Source: Amoebidium appalachense (taxonomy: Eukaryota > Protista > Ichthyosporea). Taken from it: a stretch of DNA of 64,000 bases. Every line of letters begins with the position of its first letter. Within the stretch, counting starts at the first letter, position 1. Positions 34,083 to 47,739 of this stretch are shown piece after piece. The translations under genes were made by a program, and so were the position numbers. Location of the stretch: positions 2,130,389 through 2,194,388 of the forward strand of contig CAVNZM010000004.1 of NCBI GenBank assembly GCA_963693365.1. The letters are read 5' to 3'. The notes beneath the pieces are model-generated. The model saw only the letters and a list, made by a program, of their open reading frames with translations. It was not told where the DNA came from and did no database searches.

Positions 34083-35308
34083 ACCACCCCTCCTCCCTTG
34101 TTGCTCCCCCGGGACCCTCATCTCGCCTCCTCTCTCCTCCCCCTCCCCCCCCCCCCTCCCCCCCACCCTCCTCCCCCATCCCTTCCCCCCCCCCCCCCCC
34201 CCCGCATCACCCCTTTTCCTCTAACTTGTTATCTCCCTCGGAATTCATTCCTCTTCCTCCCCTCCCTCCCCCCTCCCCCCTGCCCCCATCTGCCCCTCAT
34301 CCTTTCAGGAGCCAGATAGGTCCATACGATGGACCTTCCCTCGCACCTGATTGGACAAAACACGATCCGATGACGTAAACTCAGGGGGGAACGGTTCGAT
34401 CCCCGAGCGAAACAAAAGGGGCCGTCAGGCCCCTATACCTGGGAGTTTTGGGGGGGAGGGGGGGGAGGGGGAGGGGGCAGCCCCTCCATAAAGAGCCCAG
34501 ACACGAATGGGGCTATGGTTATTGGGTTTATTTTTTATTTCGTTGATAAATGCCACATGTATCAAATAGTTTTATATTTTTAGCTGTGTATGCACGTAAT
34601 CTCCCTATACCTAGAGGCCTTCGTTGTGCGGACATACGTCTTCAGAGGCAACTCCCCCCGCCCCCTCCCCCTTTTTTCTTCTTCTTTTTTGTGGGCCACG
34701 ATTTTTCTGCTGCCTTGTTCGTTGGCCGCACCCCCCCCCCCCCCCCCCTTCCCCTCTCTTTTTTGCTCCCCAGAGAACCCCCCTCCCCCCTCCTCCCCCC
34801 CCCCCCCCCCCCCACCCGTCCCCTCCCCCTGCCCCCCTTGACCCCTTCTCACCCCCCATCCCCATTCCCATCCCCACCCCCCCATCCCATTCATCAGCTC
34901 ATTTCTCTAAATTCCTCCTCCTTACCCTATTGGTGCCCTCCCCCGCCACCCTCAGAGGCTCCCCCTATCCCCCCCCCCCCTTCCCCACATCAACTCCCCC
35001 TTCCCCTCCCCTCCCCCCATCATCTCCCCCTCCCCCCCCCCCCCCCCCTCCCCACGCCACCCCCTCCCCCCTTTTTTTCCTTCTTTTTTTTGTGTGGCTT
35101 TCCCTTTTCTTCTATCTTTTACGTTGGCTTCCCTCCTCCCCTTCCCCCCTCCCCCCCTCCGGCCCTTCTCCCGTCACGCTCATTCACCTTTAAGATTTCC
35201 TTTCCTTCCGAATTCCTTCGTCCTTTTCCCGTAGCCCCCCCCCCCCCCCCCCCAAACACACACACAAGCACCCTCCTTTCTATTTCTTTCTTTCTTTCTT
35301 TCTTTTTG

Positions 35309-35350
<42 letters not shown>

Positions 35351-36788
35351 GTTTTTTGCTGTCCTGGTTGTTGGTCTCTCCCCCCCGCCCCTCCCCACCT
35401 TTTCCCCGCCCCCCACCCCCTCCCCTACATGTACAGAAACTTAAATTTAAATTAAAAAGTTACCACGAAGCAGCCTGTGAGTCCACACACTCACGATCTG
35501 AACAGATAGAGCTTTATACACCCCTCTACATAAATGCTTGCTGATATCTTCGTCTTACCTGCTCGCTCATAAAAAATGCGGCCAATAGCCTACTTCCGTT
35601 AAGTTAAACTAAACCTCCTAGATTGGAATCAGTGAAAATAAGCTCAAGTTCTCCTAACTTCTTGTAAATTATAAAGCCCGATTGTTCTGCCATGTCTGTT
35701 TGACGGGCTCAGTCAAGAAGTCAAGCAGTTATATAGTAGGTTTAAACTTGGGGCCGTTAACGTTGCTGACTAAGACCTTGGTAAAAAGGTTTATATCAAG
35801 CCTACAGCTCCCACTCGTTGCCATCCTCCCCCCTCCCCCCTCCCTCCCCTTCCTTATTTTCCTTCTTCATGGCGTTTCCACCTTCCCCCCCCCCCCCCCC
35901 CCCCCCTCCCCCTCCTCCGCTCCTCACCATCCCCCTTGGGGGCTCTCCCCTTCCCCATCTTTTTTCTTTTTCCCCTTCTTCGGTCTCTTTCCCCACCCTC
36001 CTTCACACCCCCTCTCTCTTCCTCTCCCTCCACAACCGACAAATCCTTCTCTTCTTCGGAGTGCTCTCCTGTCAACGGTTTCATCAATATGATACGATGG
36101 CGAATTGGCGAGTGAGCTCTACTGTACATATACATATACGGGGACATATACCCGTGCCTTGGTCACATTGCGAGCCAATCTGGCAACTACCCCAGCTAAT
36201 GACTCTAATCCAATCATGTGCATTCAACCTAGATTCCTAACAATCTCAATAGCCAATCAGCTGTGTCTATGCTAAGCCCCCATTGCTATCCCATAACGAT
36301 CCAAACAACACTAGCAGGAATGGTCACACCACAGCTTGCTAATTAGGAACACGCATTGACACACAGTAGCACGCAGGAGCCGCCTGGCGGGCTAAGAACG
36401 AGAGAGAGAGAATTGAGGACTAGAAGCCACCCACTCACGTGAACGTGTGTGTGCCACGATGTGTGCGTGCACGTGCATGTGTATGTGTCTCTCTCTGTGT
36501 GCTTGTGTGGCTTGTGTGTTTGGGGGATCGGGGGGTCCGGGGGGGGGGGGGGGGGGGCACAGGGAGAGGGGAGAGGGGGGAGGGGGGGAGGGGGGGGGAG
36601 GGGGGGGGGGAAGCAGGGGGGCGGCAGCTTTGATTACACTCCCTGGTGATCGCAACACACACTCCAAGTTGTTGTTCTAATCTCAGTTGTTCGTTTTCCT
36701 TATCCTATTTATATTGTTTGTAAGTGACCAGATGTGGAAAACTATAATACTATTTTGGAATCCCGTGTACACACGTATCCACGTTTCA

Positions 36789-36872
36789 TATTACATTATT
36801 ACTACTTGCTATAAATAGAGTGCAAGTAAGCTATTACATTATTACTACTTGCTATATAGAGTGCAAGTAAGC
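36789..36872. repeat. ~42-bp tandem duplication
   Basis: tattacattattactacttgctata(a)..agagtgcaagtaagc twice. Confidence 0.8.
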
Positions 36873-37152
36873 TCAGCTTAGGTTGTTGAGTCACAACATC
36901 CCTATAAGCTTATATGTCTATGTACGGCAGTGCTCCCTAGGTGAACAAAGCTATGCTACTAAATACGCTGTTTATTTGACGCTCGCTCGGATTGAGATTG
37001 GCAAAGTTCGTGCAAGTTTAAGGATGTACACATGCGCTTTAAACTGGGCAGCACCCCAGTTCTAGGCTGGGTGTTATCATTAACAACCCATGGCTTGTTA
37101 TAGCACCTTCTTACTCCCTATAGTCCTACGAAATCCTTTTTTCACTCCTTGC

Positions 37153-37195
<43 letters not shown>

Positions 37196-37578
37196 CCCCC
37201 CCCCCGGGAAAAACCATGATAAATCGTGATTTAAAAAAAAAACAGCCACGGTCAAAGCAGAAGTTCTACTTGCATATTCTGGCATACCTCGCAGTTCTAC
37301 TTTCGAAAATTTCTACATCCCCCCCCAATCCCCCCTTCCCCCCATCCCACACAAAAATCCCCTCTCCCTCTTCCCCCCTAAGGCCCCTCAGGATGGGCAC
37401 TACTCAGGCCTCACACTCCTTGCGTTCCCCCATTTGCCACACACAGCCAAACAAAGGACAGCATGTGTTATGCTTTTCCGAATGATTATGTCGTTGCTGT
37501 CAAGAAAAAAAACGGACTCCGCCTGGATTAACCGCACTAAAAATAGTTGCACACCACTACATTTAGCAAGCCCACATC

Positions 37579-38063
37579 CTATTCCAGCATCTTTGTTCTC
37601 AGGCACTCCACCCATTCCGCGCCGAACCCATACCGGGCCAGGTAGTCAGTAACTGACCCGAATTCCTTTCTGATGAGGGCCAGGGTCTTCAATATGACGT
37701 CACGGTGTGCCAGGGCAAATTCCTCTGTGTGGCCCTTGCCCACGACTATCTCCTGTCGGATATGCTCACGTACCGGCTCCAAACCCGCCTGCAAACCCAC
37801 CCACCTTTGATGATTGATTTATATTAAAGAAACCAAGTGCTTTGTGATTGCATGATTGATGGTGAACACTGAACACAATGGGAATGGGATGGTCAGGTCG
37901 AGTGACGGTGTGTTGAATCAAGGAAACCAACCGGGGGAGGGGGGCGGGGCTTTGGGGGGAGGGGGGAGGGGGGGGTTTGAATGCGTCAAAAAGTACGAAG
38001 TGCACAAGAACAAACGGATAACACGATGCAGAATGCAAGCCATACATAAAGAGTATGGGGGGA

Positions 38064-38094
<31 letters not shown>

Positions 38095-38630
38095 TGGTAA
38101 GCAAAACCATTACAATCAATGCACGTTCGAGTGAAAACGAGGGGGTGGCCTCGAGATGAGCGTGAAGCTGCTGTGGGGGCGGGGGTGGGTGTTGGTGTTT
38201 TCTCTATTATTTTTTGGGGGGGGGGGGGGGGGAGGGGGAGGTTGGGATGGGAAGGGGGAGGGAGGTGGTGTGTGGAGAAAATCAATTGTTGCCCAATCGT
38301 GGAATACTTTTGTTTTTTTTATGTGTGCGCGCGCGCCCACGTGTGTTTGTGTGTGTACATGCGCGCGCGCGCGTGTGGGTGTGTGTTTGTGCGTGCGCCC
38401 GATGTGGAAGAATGTGTGTGTGTGTGTTGGGGTGAAGTGCTAGTGTGCGTGTGTGTGTGTCGGGGAAGGGGGGGGGGGGGGGGGGGGGGGGGGGAGGGGG
38501 GGGAGGGGGGCTACCTCGCTCAAGTTGAAGTCCTCTGCTATGACGTCATCAGGTACATTGAGGCAGGCAAGTACAAGAGCAGTCATGAGGCCTGTCCGGT
38601 CCTTACCATAGCTGCAGTGGTAGAGTGTGG

Positions 38631-38687
<57 letters not shown>

Positions 38688-40134
38688 ACGCACGTGTTTT
38701 GGGGGAGAGAGTTCCCCCCCCCCCCCCCCCCACAAAGAATGTGGGGGAAGGGGGGGGAATATTAGCATGTTGCGGATGTGCTGAAAATGGTCGACACATC
38801 TGTGCCCTATACCGATGCTCTTAAACATGAGCCACTGGAGAGGCATGCACATGTGTAAGTGTTCCATGTGTACACACGTGCGTATGCACCACCAATGCAC
38901 ACACGGTAACCATTTTATATCACTGGCCAGCTTGCTCCTGTCACTACTCCCCCCTCCCCCCCCCCCCCCCCCCCCCCCCCCCCAACAACACAATGTCGAC
39001 TCACGCCCTCCTTACCCTCCCATATTTCACGTTACATTCTGCTCCCCCATCCCCCCTCCTTCCCCTTCCCCCCGTCTCCGCCCCGGAGTCCTTACCCTAC
39101 ACCCCAGCCCCCACCTCACACTCCCATATGAACAGACACAAATTCCCCCCCCACCTTCCCTCTTCCCCTCCTTCACTTCTCTCCGGCTGCATGCATGCAC
39201 ACAACCACAGACCCCTGCAACCCCGCCCTCCTCATGCAGATACGCGCAGACACACACACACCGACACAAGTGTGGACGCACGCAATAAACTTTGTAATAA
39301 GGCACACATGCCCCACCCACCCACCACCCCACACCAACGTACACTTCCCCCCTCCCCCCCTCCCCCCTCCCCCTCCCTCCCCAACTTTCCACACACACAC
39401 ACACACACACAGCGAGAGACACACACACCCACACCCACCCACCCTGTTTGATGCAGCGGTCAGCAGCATGAGGGCCTGGGCCACCTGATTGGACGATGTA
39501 CGGATCATGGTCTCATACATGCAGTAGAGGCCCTTGGCATTGAGCACCTCATCAATCACCTGCCATATATGGTAAACAGTGGAAAATTCGAACACAAACC
39601 ACCTCAATATATACCAATCATTTGTCATATGAGGTATACGGTGGTAAACCTGAACCATTGATCTATCTATCAACCTTGGTGGAGAAAGGGGGGGGGAGGG
39701 GGATGGGAGGTAAGTATGCATTTCAGTGTAGAAAAACCTCCCTAGGGGAGGAGCGGAGAGGGGGGCGGGGAAGACCTAGAGGCTTTAGAAGAAACTCCCA
39801 GGGAGTTTTCTTCTCGATGGCGCAAGGAACACACAGTAAAATGGAAGTGCAGGCAAGGTGATGGGGGGGGGGGGGGGGGGGGATGGAGAGAGGTGTGTGG
39901 GGAGGGGACGGGGGGGCAGGGGAAAGAGAGACAGAGGGGTGGGAGGGCGCCGGGGGGCAGGCAGGGGGGGGGGGGGGGGGGGACGAGGGCAAGGGAGAGA
40001 GGTGGGGGGAAAGGGAGGGGGTGCTGCGTACATATGCTTCTCCCTGTGTCTGGTTGCCGGTGGCAAAAGCCTTCAGCACTTTGAATTTGGACGGTTGCTG
40101 CCAAAATAGCCCCAGAGCATACCCCAAACCTACG

Positions 40135-40181
<47 letters not shown>

Positions 40182-41814
40182 CGTGTGCGTGTGTGGTGTG
40201 AGCGTATGTGTGTGTGCATGCATGTATGTGTGTGTGTGTGTTCGGGATATTGGGCCAGGAGCAGGGGGGGCGGAGGGGGGGGGAGGGGATTAGTGTACTG
40301 TAATCCGGTCTCTCGTGCCAACAGAATTCTTATGAGTTTATACTGGTTCGTTTGTTCTTCCTTTGATTCATCGCTGCCTACCTTGGCTATGCTTCCTTCA
40401 TGAGTTTGCATAGAGAGGCAAAGAAGGAAGAGGAAGGCGCGGGGGGGGGGGGGGGGGGGGGGGGTTGAGCTGTGCGGGGGGGAGTGATCCCATATATTAA
40501 GGGAGGGAGGTGGGCGGGAGAGGTGTGTGCAGGTTGGTGTCTGGGGAGCAGGGGGAAGGGAAGAAGCTCACGGGGGTCGAGTAGCTGGCAGCTATCTCGA
40601 TCGTGATCATGGACTTGGCTATTCTCAATCCCCCCCTTTACCCCCATCCCCCTCCCTCCCCACCTTCAATCTCCACCCTCTTTGTTCCCCCCATCTATCG
40701 TTCTTTTATGTCATTGGGTTTGAGGCCTTCTCTCCTGCCTTGTAACTCCCCCCCCCCCCCCCCCCCCCTCCTCCCCCCCCCCCCCCTTGCCCACTTTCAA
40801 CCCTCCCCCTCCCCCCCCCCCCCCTAAACATCATCAACCTCCCCCACCCCCCCCCCCCCCCCCCCCCCACCCACCCCCCTCCCGCCCGCCCCATCAGCAA
40901 TACAACAGGTTGGTTGATAGCAACCGGGAAAAAAAAGTGAGAGAGAGAAGGCAAGGGGGACTCGGGGCGGAAGGGATGGGGGGGGTGAGGGATGGGGGAA
41001 GGGGGTGGGGTGAGAGGGAGGTGGAGGGAGGGGGAGGGATGGGTGGGTGGAGGGGGGGAAGAGGGGGGAGGGGCCGGGGGGGGGGGGGAAGGGGGAGGGT
41101 CACCGAGGACCGGGTAGTTGTATCTTCTCAGCTGGCCTCCATTTGGCGGCTGTGTTATGCTGGTGGGCTTAACTGTGGGTGTGGGTAGCAGTGTGTATTT
41201 GTGATAGATCTGCAGCTAATGGTCAGAACACATTCACAATGGGGTTGAGGCATCTTTGATCCACTACTATGCTTCTGCTGCCTGCTTACTATAATAGTAG
41301 CCAAATGCCATACAAAGCCTCCGTCTCCCTAATGATCTGATTAATACCTTCTCCCTCCGTCCCGCCCCCACCCCCCACCCCCCCCCCCCCCTCCTTCCCT
41401 CCCTCTCTCCCCCTTCCCCCATCCCCCTCCAACCACCCGCCCACACACCCACCAGTGGGCCACCACACAGCAAAGAAATGTTAAGATTTCTCTTTTAGTG
41501 TGTGTCGATCTTTCTGCTCTCAACGGAGCATTCAGGAACACACCACACACGCTGCCACACACATGGACTTCCCCGCTTGCCTGCGAACAGCCGCCTCCCC
41601 CTCCTCCCCCCTCCCCCCTTCCCTCCCCTCCCATCCCCCCCTCCCCCCCCCCCTCCCCCCCCAGCACACAGCCACCCGCTAGCATCCATCATCCACCCAG
41701 TCACCCATCACATATTAATGCAAAGGGGCCTTCTTTTCTCCCCCCCCCCCCCCCCCCTTCCAACCACACACGCACACGCACCGACACCCAGCCCCCCCCC
41801 CCCCCCTCCCCCCC

Positions 41815-41849
<35 letters not shown>

Positions 41850-42848
41850 AACTACCCACCAACCCCCCCGGTCCCCCCCTTCCGGCCGCCACCGCCTCCC
41901 CCCCCCCAACACACACGCACACATACTCACCGGGCAGTCTGTAGGCACGTGCTCCCTGACCTCTCTTGCTGCCCTCAGGTCCACTATTGTGTCTATTGAG
42001 TATTCTCCCACCAGCCTCCCCACGTCTGCCTCCGTAGCTTCGTCTGGCCGTGCACAGCGGAAAAGCAACCCCTGGCGCACTCTCTGTGCCCAAGCCCCAA
42101 GAAACATTACCATGGGACAGGTTCGACACCTTGCAGAGATATGAATGCTCCCACTCGCTCGACCACAGAAGTACAGAAGCGCACGCTTAAACACCCGCAC
42201 ACAAGAGCTGGTTTGTGTCTCCTTCCCGTCGACTTCCTCTTTTCTTCCAAATATTTAAATTGGTAAGGATTGTCACAGAATGCCAATCGCACCACCTAGA
42301 AGGCGTGCCTTTAAGCTAGGTAGCTGCTTCCTATATATGAGCATTGTGTACGGGTACCTGAAAGAAAACAAGTGAGCAGCATTGGTGTTTGAATTAGAGC
42401 CTCAGCCTATATAGGAATTAAAGTAAGAATTGATTCAGTTTCTTTTCGTGTCAAACCTCACCTCTGTAAGAGTGCATATGCAAGCAGTAAATTCGTGATG
42501 GACGTGATGAACTTTATGCCCTAGTTTGATGAACGAGAACTCGAGACAGCTATTGAACAAAGCCCCAATCACTGAATTGTAGGAAGCATGCGAAACACCT
42601 TGGTCCGGTAGTGCTAGCCCAGCCAACCGCACCCAGAGCATTCCACTCCATCTTCGGATCCTAAACACACCACATATGGCTACGCAAGCATAAGTACACT
42701 GAACAAGTTCGCACACACACAAAACAAACCATTGCTCACATGTAGCCGCACAACATACCTTTCCATCCTGAGTCGTGTGCCCACCAATGTCCCTGAAGTT
42801 GTGTATCTTTTCTAAGCTTCCCAGCTTTCCTTCCGTTTCAACAGTCAT
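37579..42848 (-). CDS. Tyrosine/lipid phosphatase, PtpB / Y_phosphatase3 family
   Basis: Exons 42848-42759 (HNFRDIGG), 42083-41931 (GLLFRCARPD...IVDLR), uncertain middle exons around 41180-40030, 39559-39443, 38631-38515 (catalytic HCSYGKDRTG...EDFNLSE) and 37788-37579 (EFGSVTDYL...LRTKMLE*); GT-AG junctions. Confidence 0.88.
37976..38057 (-). repeat. ~115-bp dispersed repeat, copy 2 (truncated), in phosphatase intron
   Basis: Reverse complement matches ~14270-14351. Confidence 0.85.
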
Positions 42849-43837
42849 TTTTACTGTCACCACTACTACAAGCCCAGGATGAAGCTCAATGCGAAAAAAT
42901 GAGATCGGTAGATGTCAGCGAGGTGGTGGCAATGTGATGTCCACGAACGGCAGGCAGGAGTTGCAGACTTCCTCCCCAGCGACGGGCACCACGAGGACTT
43001 GGAAACTTGGAAACGTTTAGATCGGAAACAAGAGTCTATAGTCTACGTGTATTTAACATCCCTGTCGTGTGTGTTGAAACTTCAGTCTAGCATGCACATA
43101 AGAAGATCACAACCTAATAGTGACTACAATTGTACTTAGGCAGGAGCGTGCTTCTCGAGTTTCTTTTGTTGTTATGTTCTCGGGCCAGCGGGGCTTCCAC
43201 AAAAGCAGCAACACAGTGATTGGGCAATAAAGACCGCCAAGATTTACTGATTGGTGCTCTTGTAAAACTATGTATGCATGACAAAGATTGAATGAAAATA
43301 CACAAAACCAGGAAATCTGCATTCTTTTGAGGGTGAGTAATTGTGACCGTCATCCGCCACCGCGGGACGGCTCGCCGAGTGACGCCGACTCGGCCGGCGC
43401 ACTGTATGAGCGAGATATCCCTTGGATAGTCGGGCCTATAGACCCCCCTCTCTGATAGACCCGCCTGGCATGCCCCTAGCCTGCCGCACGCATCATGCCA
43501 GCTCAGTCTCTCGCTGGCGCTCTCTCGTTCAGGTCTGATCCTTTCTTGTTGCCACGTGTCGTAGCTCTCCCACGCGTCCGACAATACAGGCTCGCCCACG
43601 TTATCACGAGGTCAGTGTCTCTTTGCCTGTCTTGTCTCCTTTCCGTGCCTGGAGCACGTTGACACATGGTAGCAGAAAAGGTTCTTTCCTTTATATGAGC
43701 GTAATCAGCGGCATAGTATAGGGGGAGCCATGAGGCTCGGGCAGGGTCTCTGCGGATCTGGTCTCTGCCTATGACTCCAAGTACAAATTCATATGCGTGT
43801 GATTGTGGGACAATCTCACTCATACAGCACTTGTACT

Positions 43838-44587
43838 GTGCAGCCGATTCCGTTAGACCGGTTTAGAGATGATTTTTTTCAAATTCTGCCTAACCTTATA
43901 TGGCTCACCGGAACAATTCGAATCTACATAGTGATTGGTTGCGCCAAAAGTAAGGGCCAAGGTAAGGGCTGCTCAGGCGGTGACAGGCCAAAATCTCAGA
44001 CCGACAGCCTCTCAAAAGCAGTTAGGCCCCGATTTTACTTAGAAAGTTGGTTTTCGTCCAAAAAGTTTTAGGAAATAAAAAGACGCGCAAGAATGATATA
44101 AGCAGTCGGGGTGCTCCGACAACGCCTACATCGCCAATTAATAATTTACTAATGGAGCAAAACCCCTTTTCTATTCAGATTATTGATTTTAAGCATTATA
44201 AGCAAAAATTGGTATATGACCGCCGATCACTTGACTCAGCCCTTCATTTCGCCAGTTCGGCTGGCTGGATCTCTCTAGAGCGAAGCAAACACATTGAGAT
44301 TCTCAATTAGTAAATCGAAATTGGTCTATAGTCAACCATATGCCGTCCAATATCACCAGTACATATCTCTACTAACGCCGCAACTGAGCAGTTTGAGCTG
44401 GGAGCATTGTTATTTTCCCACATTCTCTTTTGAGGGCTGCCTGAGGCTGATCAGCCCAGGGCTGGGGGTGGGCCATCTAGATCTTGAATTTTTGATGGTG
44501 CGCGTTTGACCACTAAGAGCCTTTGACAAATTCTGTTTGCCGATCTAGATCTATTCAGAAATGAATCGCCTTATCGGCACCATGCAC
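43838..44587. mobile_element. Candidate degenerate foldback/MITE-like element
   Basis: Inverted blocks about a common centre ~44220: 44005-44018/44427-44439, 44134-44153/44306-44324, 43838-43848/44573-44587. Confidence 0.35.
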
Positions 44588-44785
44588 GTGTGACATGTAG
44601 GCTACACAGTCCCACACACACACGAGCTCGCGCACACACGGAATAAAAAAATGCCCACCTGCTTAAAGGCACTTACTAATAGCGAAGCGTACACATAATC
44701 AACGACCCAGGAGTAAAAAAAATTAGATGCACACGCCTGCCGATACGGCACCCCATTGCTGCCACCAGGGATTTCGAACTCAAAC

Positions 44786-45349
44786 ATGGAAACACAAAAA
44801 CAACCAACATGTGTGCGGAGGCCCAAGCGCACACAATCACAGACTCAGCAAAGGTCCAAAGTGCCAATGCGTGACCACATTTTTGCCCTTTACGACTGCG
44901 ACTTTGCATTAGCTAGCGACTCAGAGGAAGAACTTCCTGGTGGTACGGACATGTGGGATGTTGTTGTTGTGCCACATGTGAGCGAGGAAGCAGAGAAAAA
45001 GGGAATCCAGCTAGTTGGGTGGTCCTTAACGGCATACGAAGTGAGAGCACCTGGGAAAAGGCGTTACTCTTCAACTGCTCTTCTAGACAAGCAACCGTAC
45101 GCATACCGCGGCGGCCCATATCAGTATACACGCACACAAGGCACATCTACACAAGCTGCAGCACAGTCATCTAGAAGGGCTTCTTCTTCCCATGATTTCT
45201 CTTCGACGACCAGGAGGTTTATTAGGCACAAAATTTGCCAAGGCAACAAACACTGTCAGAGGTCGGAACACCAGCTTCTGCGGCATGAAGAGTGTTTATA
45301 TGCACGTCAAACAGCTCTGAATGTGGAGGAACACGGGGGATGTGTTTGA
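44786..45349 (+). CDS. Hypothetical protein, 187 aa
   Basis: ATG in an aaacATGg context; non-repetitive ORF; divergent from the phosphatase across a CpG-rich interval. Confidence 0.45.
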   Translation: METQKQPTCVRRPKRTQSQTQQRSKVPMRDHIFALYDCDFALASDSEEELPGGTDMWDVVVVPHVSEEAEKKGIQLVGWSLTAYEVRAPGKRRYSSTALLDKQPYAYRGGPYQYTRTQGTSTQAAAQSSRRASSSHDFSSTTRRFIRHKICQGNKHCQRSEHQLLRHEECLYARQTALNVEEHGGCV

Positions 45350-46219
45350 AAACTCAGATCGAGCTGCGACTGAGAGTGAAGACAGTGTGATCTTATTATA
45401 ATTACCGTGGTACATAAGCGTGTGAAACATTGCAGCAAATCTCATTCGCATAACAAGAAGAACACCGGTGACTTGGAACACAGATGTGTGTCACAATTGA
45501 ACTACCGCACACCTCTGTTGAGCTCTGCTGCTGCAAATTAAACCAGCATAGTCATTCATTCAATAAATCAACTATTTTGCCTTCCAAGTTTCCTTAATAT
45601 TATCCTCGCCACCCCTACAGTAACCACTGCATGTGGCGCCGACCCTGGGCCAATCAGAGAACGTTGTGTGCGGCCATTACACCTCACCTCGAACACATAC
45701 ATGATGGCAACTTAATGTTTCAATGCTGTATAATGATTTATTGGTGCACAAACACGAACACATATTACCCATGCATGTGCACAAGTCAGACTTTACAAGA
45801 GTTACATCACCATTAGTCTTCTCGAAATATTTTCAAAAATGCAATAACTTTGCAGACACATCATTGTTGTACAGAACCATCTATGTCATTCATTCATAGA
45901 ATAGAAACGTTTGTTAAGCAGCATCATGTGTCCACACACATTCAGAACTCCCCCCCCCCCCCCCCCCCCCTCCCCCCCCTCCCCCCAACCCCACCCCCCT
46001 TCCCCGCCCACCCTCTAAATCATGCCAGCCAGCCCCCCACCCGCACTACACAACCACTGACACCCACCACCAACCAAACAAGAGGAAAGAAGACACCCCA
46101 CATGTGCATGCACACACACGCACGCACGCACGCACGCACGCAGGCACGCACGCACGCACGCGCACACGCACGCACGCGCGCGCGCGCACACACACACACA
46201 CACATGTGCAGAGGCCTTA

Positions 46220-46482
46220 TTATGTTGTTTTTGCGCTGACCACCGCCACCATCATGTTGAGGTCTCTCATGTCTTCCATGGCTTTGCGTAGCGCCCGGTT
46301 TTGGCCCGCAAGCATCTGCGGTGATACAGTTGAGCAAAGGAGTGGCGGAGGTGGTGACGGAGGATGGGGAGAGGGGGGTGGGGGGGGGGGGAGGGGGGGG
46401 GAGGGGGGGGGGAGGGGGGGGGGGGGGGAGGACGGGGTTAGATATGGAGGCAAATATTGCGAAGGCAACAAGTGTCGGAAGG

Positions 46483-46534
<52 letters not shown>

Positions 46535-47688
46535 GATGTATGCGTCAGAGGGTTGGAAATATGGAGGAGACAACAAAGAGCAACAACAAAGCGTCACAAA
46601 AGTGGGAAACCCAAAATCAAACAATGAAAGCGTGCAGGCAGAAGACACTTGAACAGAGCCCATCATCAGGGGGGTTCCTATGCCTCCACAAAAGCATGGG
46701 TTTCGACTCCTGAACCTCTTGCGCGTGGTTCCCAACCCATACTTTGTTTCAACAGCAATAGGCGAGTCCACCCGTCTTCGCCAAAGACAAGCAGGGTTGT
46801 GGAGAAGCAGTGGGAGAAGCAGAAAGTGTGTTGATCAATTTCTGCTATTCAGTGTGCGGAAATCCATAAGCTAACTCAGGGGATGGTTTGCCGGCAATTT
46901 GATCGGGGGATCCAATCAATCGGGATCAATCAAATTCCAGTCTGTGAGCCGGTCAAAATTTTCTCTTTCGGGGCTTTTCTGTCTAAGTTTCAACGCTAGA
47001 TCCAGAAAGAATGGCGCATATAATTTGCCCTGAAAATAAAATCCTACTAATAAAGTGGGGGGTAATTACATAATTAAGTTTCAATGTCAGTCCCTCGTAG
47101 GGTCTTATTCTACCCTCTCTATAACTGCTTATGCTAACCAAAGATGGCGCCTCAACCGAGGCCTACCACTCCCCCGGACAAGTGGGTTCTGCGTAATTGA
47201 CCCCCAACTTTATGAGTAAATTTTCTCCCAAAGTTTATTCGGTCAATCGTCCAGGATCTAAACGGGGTTTATAGTGCATTATAGTGCATAGTGCATCTAT
47301 TGATCGACTGGATCAGTTATGAAATTTGGTCGATCTCAATCCGTTGCGCACCCCCAATTTTTAACTAAACATCATCCCCCGAGTCACCTTATATAAATGG
47401 TGCAAACAAATTAACCACCACAGACCACATTTAATCCTCTTCAAACCTCTTGCACACATGAGTTTGACGCAGTACTTTGCCATTGGGGGAACGCAAGGGT
47501 GCTTGCAACGTGCCTTCGGCAAGTTACATACAAGTTGTTGTTTTCTTTCAATTCAATATTTAGAACAGGGCACAGTCCTATAAAAGTAAGTGGTGACATG
47601 GTCCTATAGATTTGTGTGTGCAAGTTATCATATGTAGTTGCGTGCTCCCAGCAACACAGGCGGAGGAGGGGGTGGTGGTGGTGGTGGT

Positions 47689-47739
<51 letters not shown>

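Noticed and set aside
34370-34415. tRNA gene
   Set aside because: Only a B-box-like motif; the T-stem pairs 2 bp and there is no cloverleaf.
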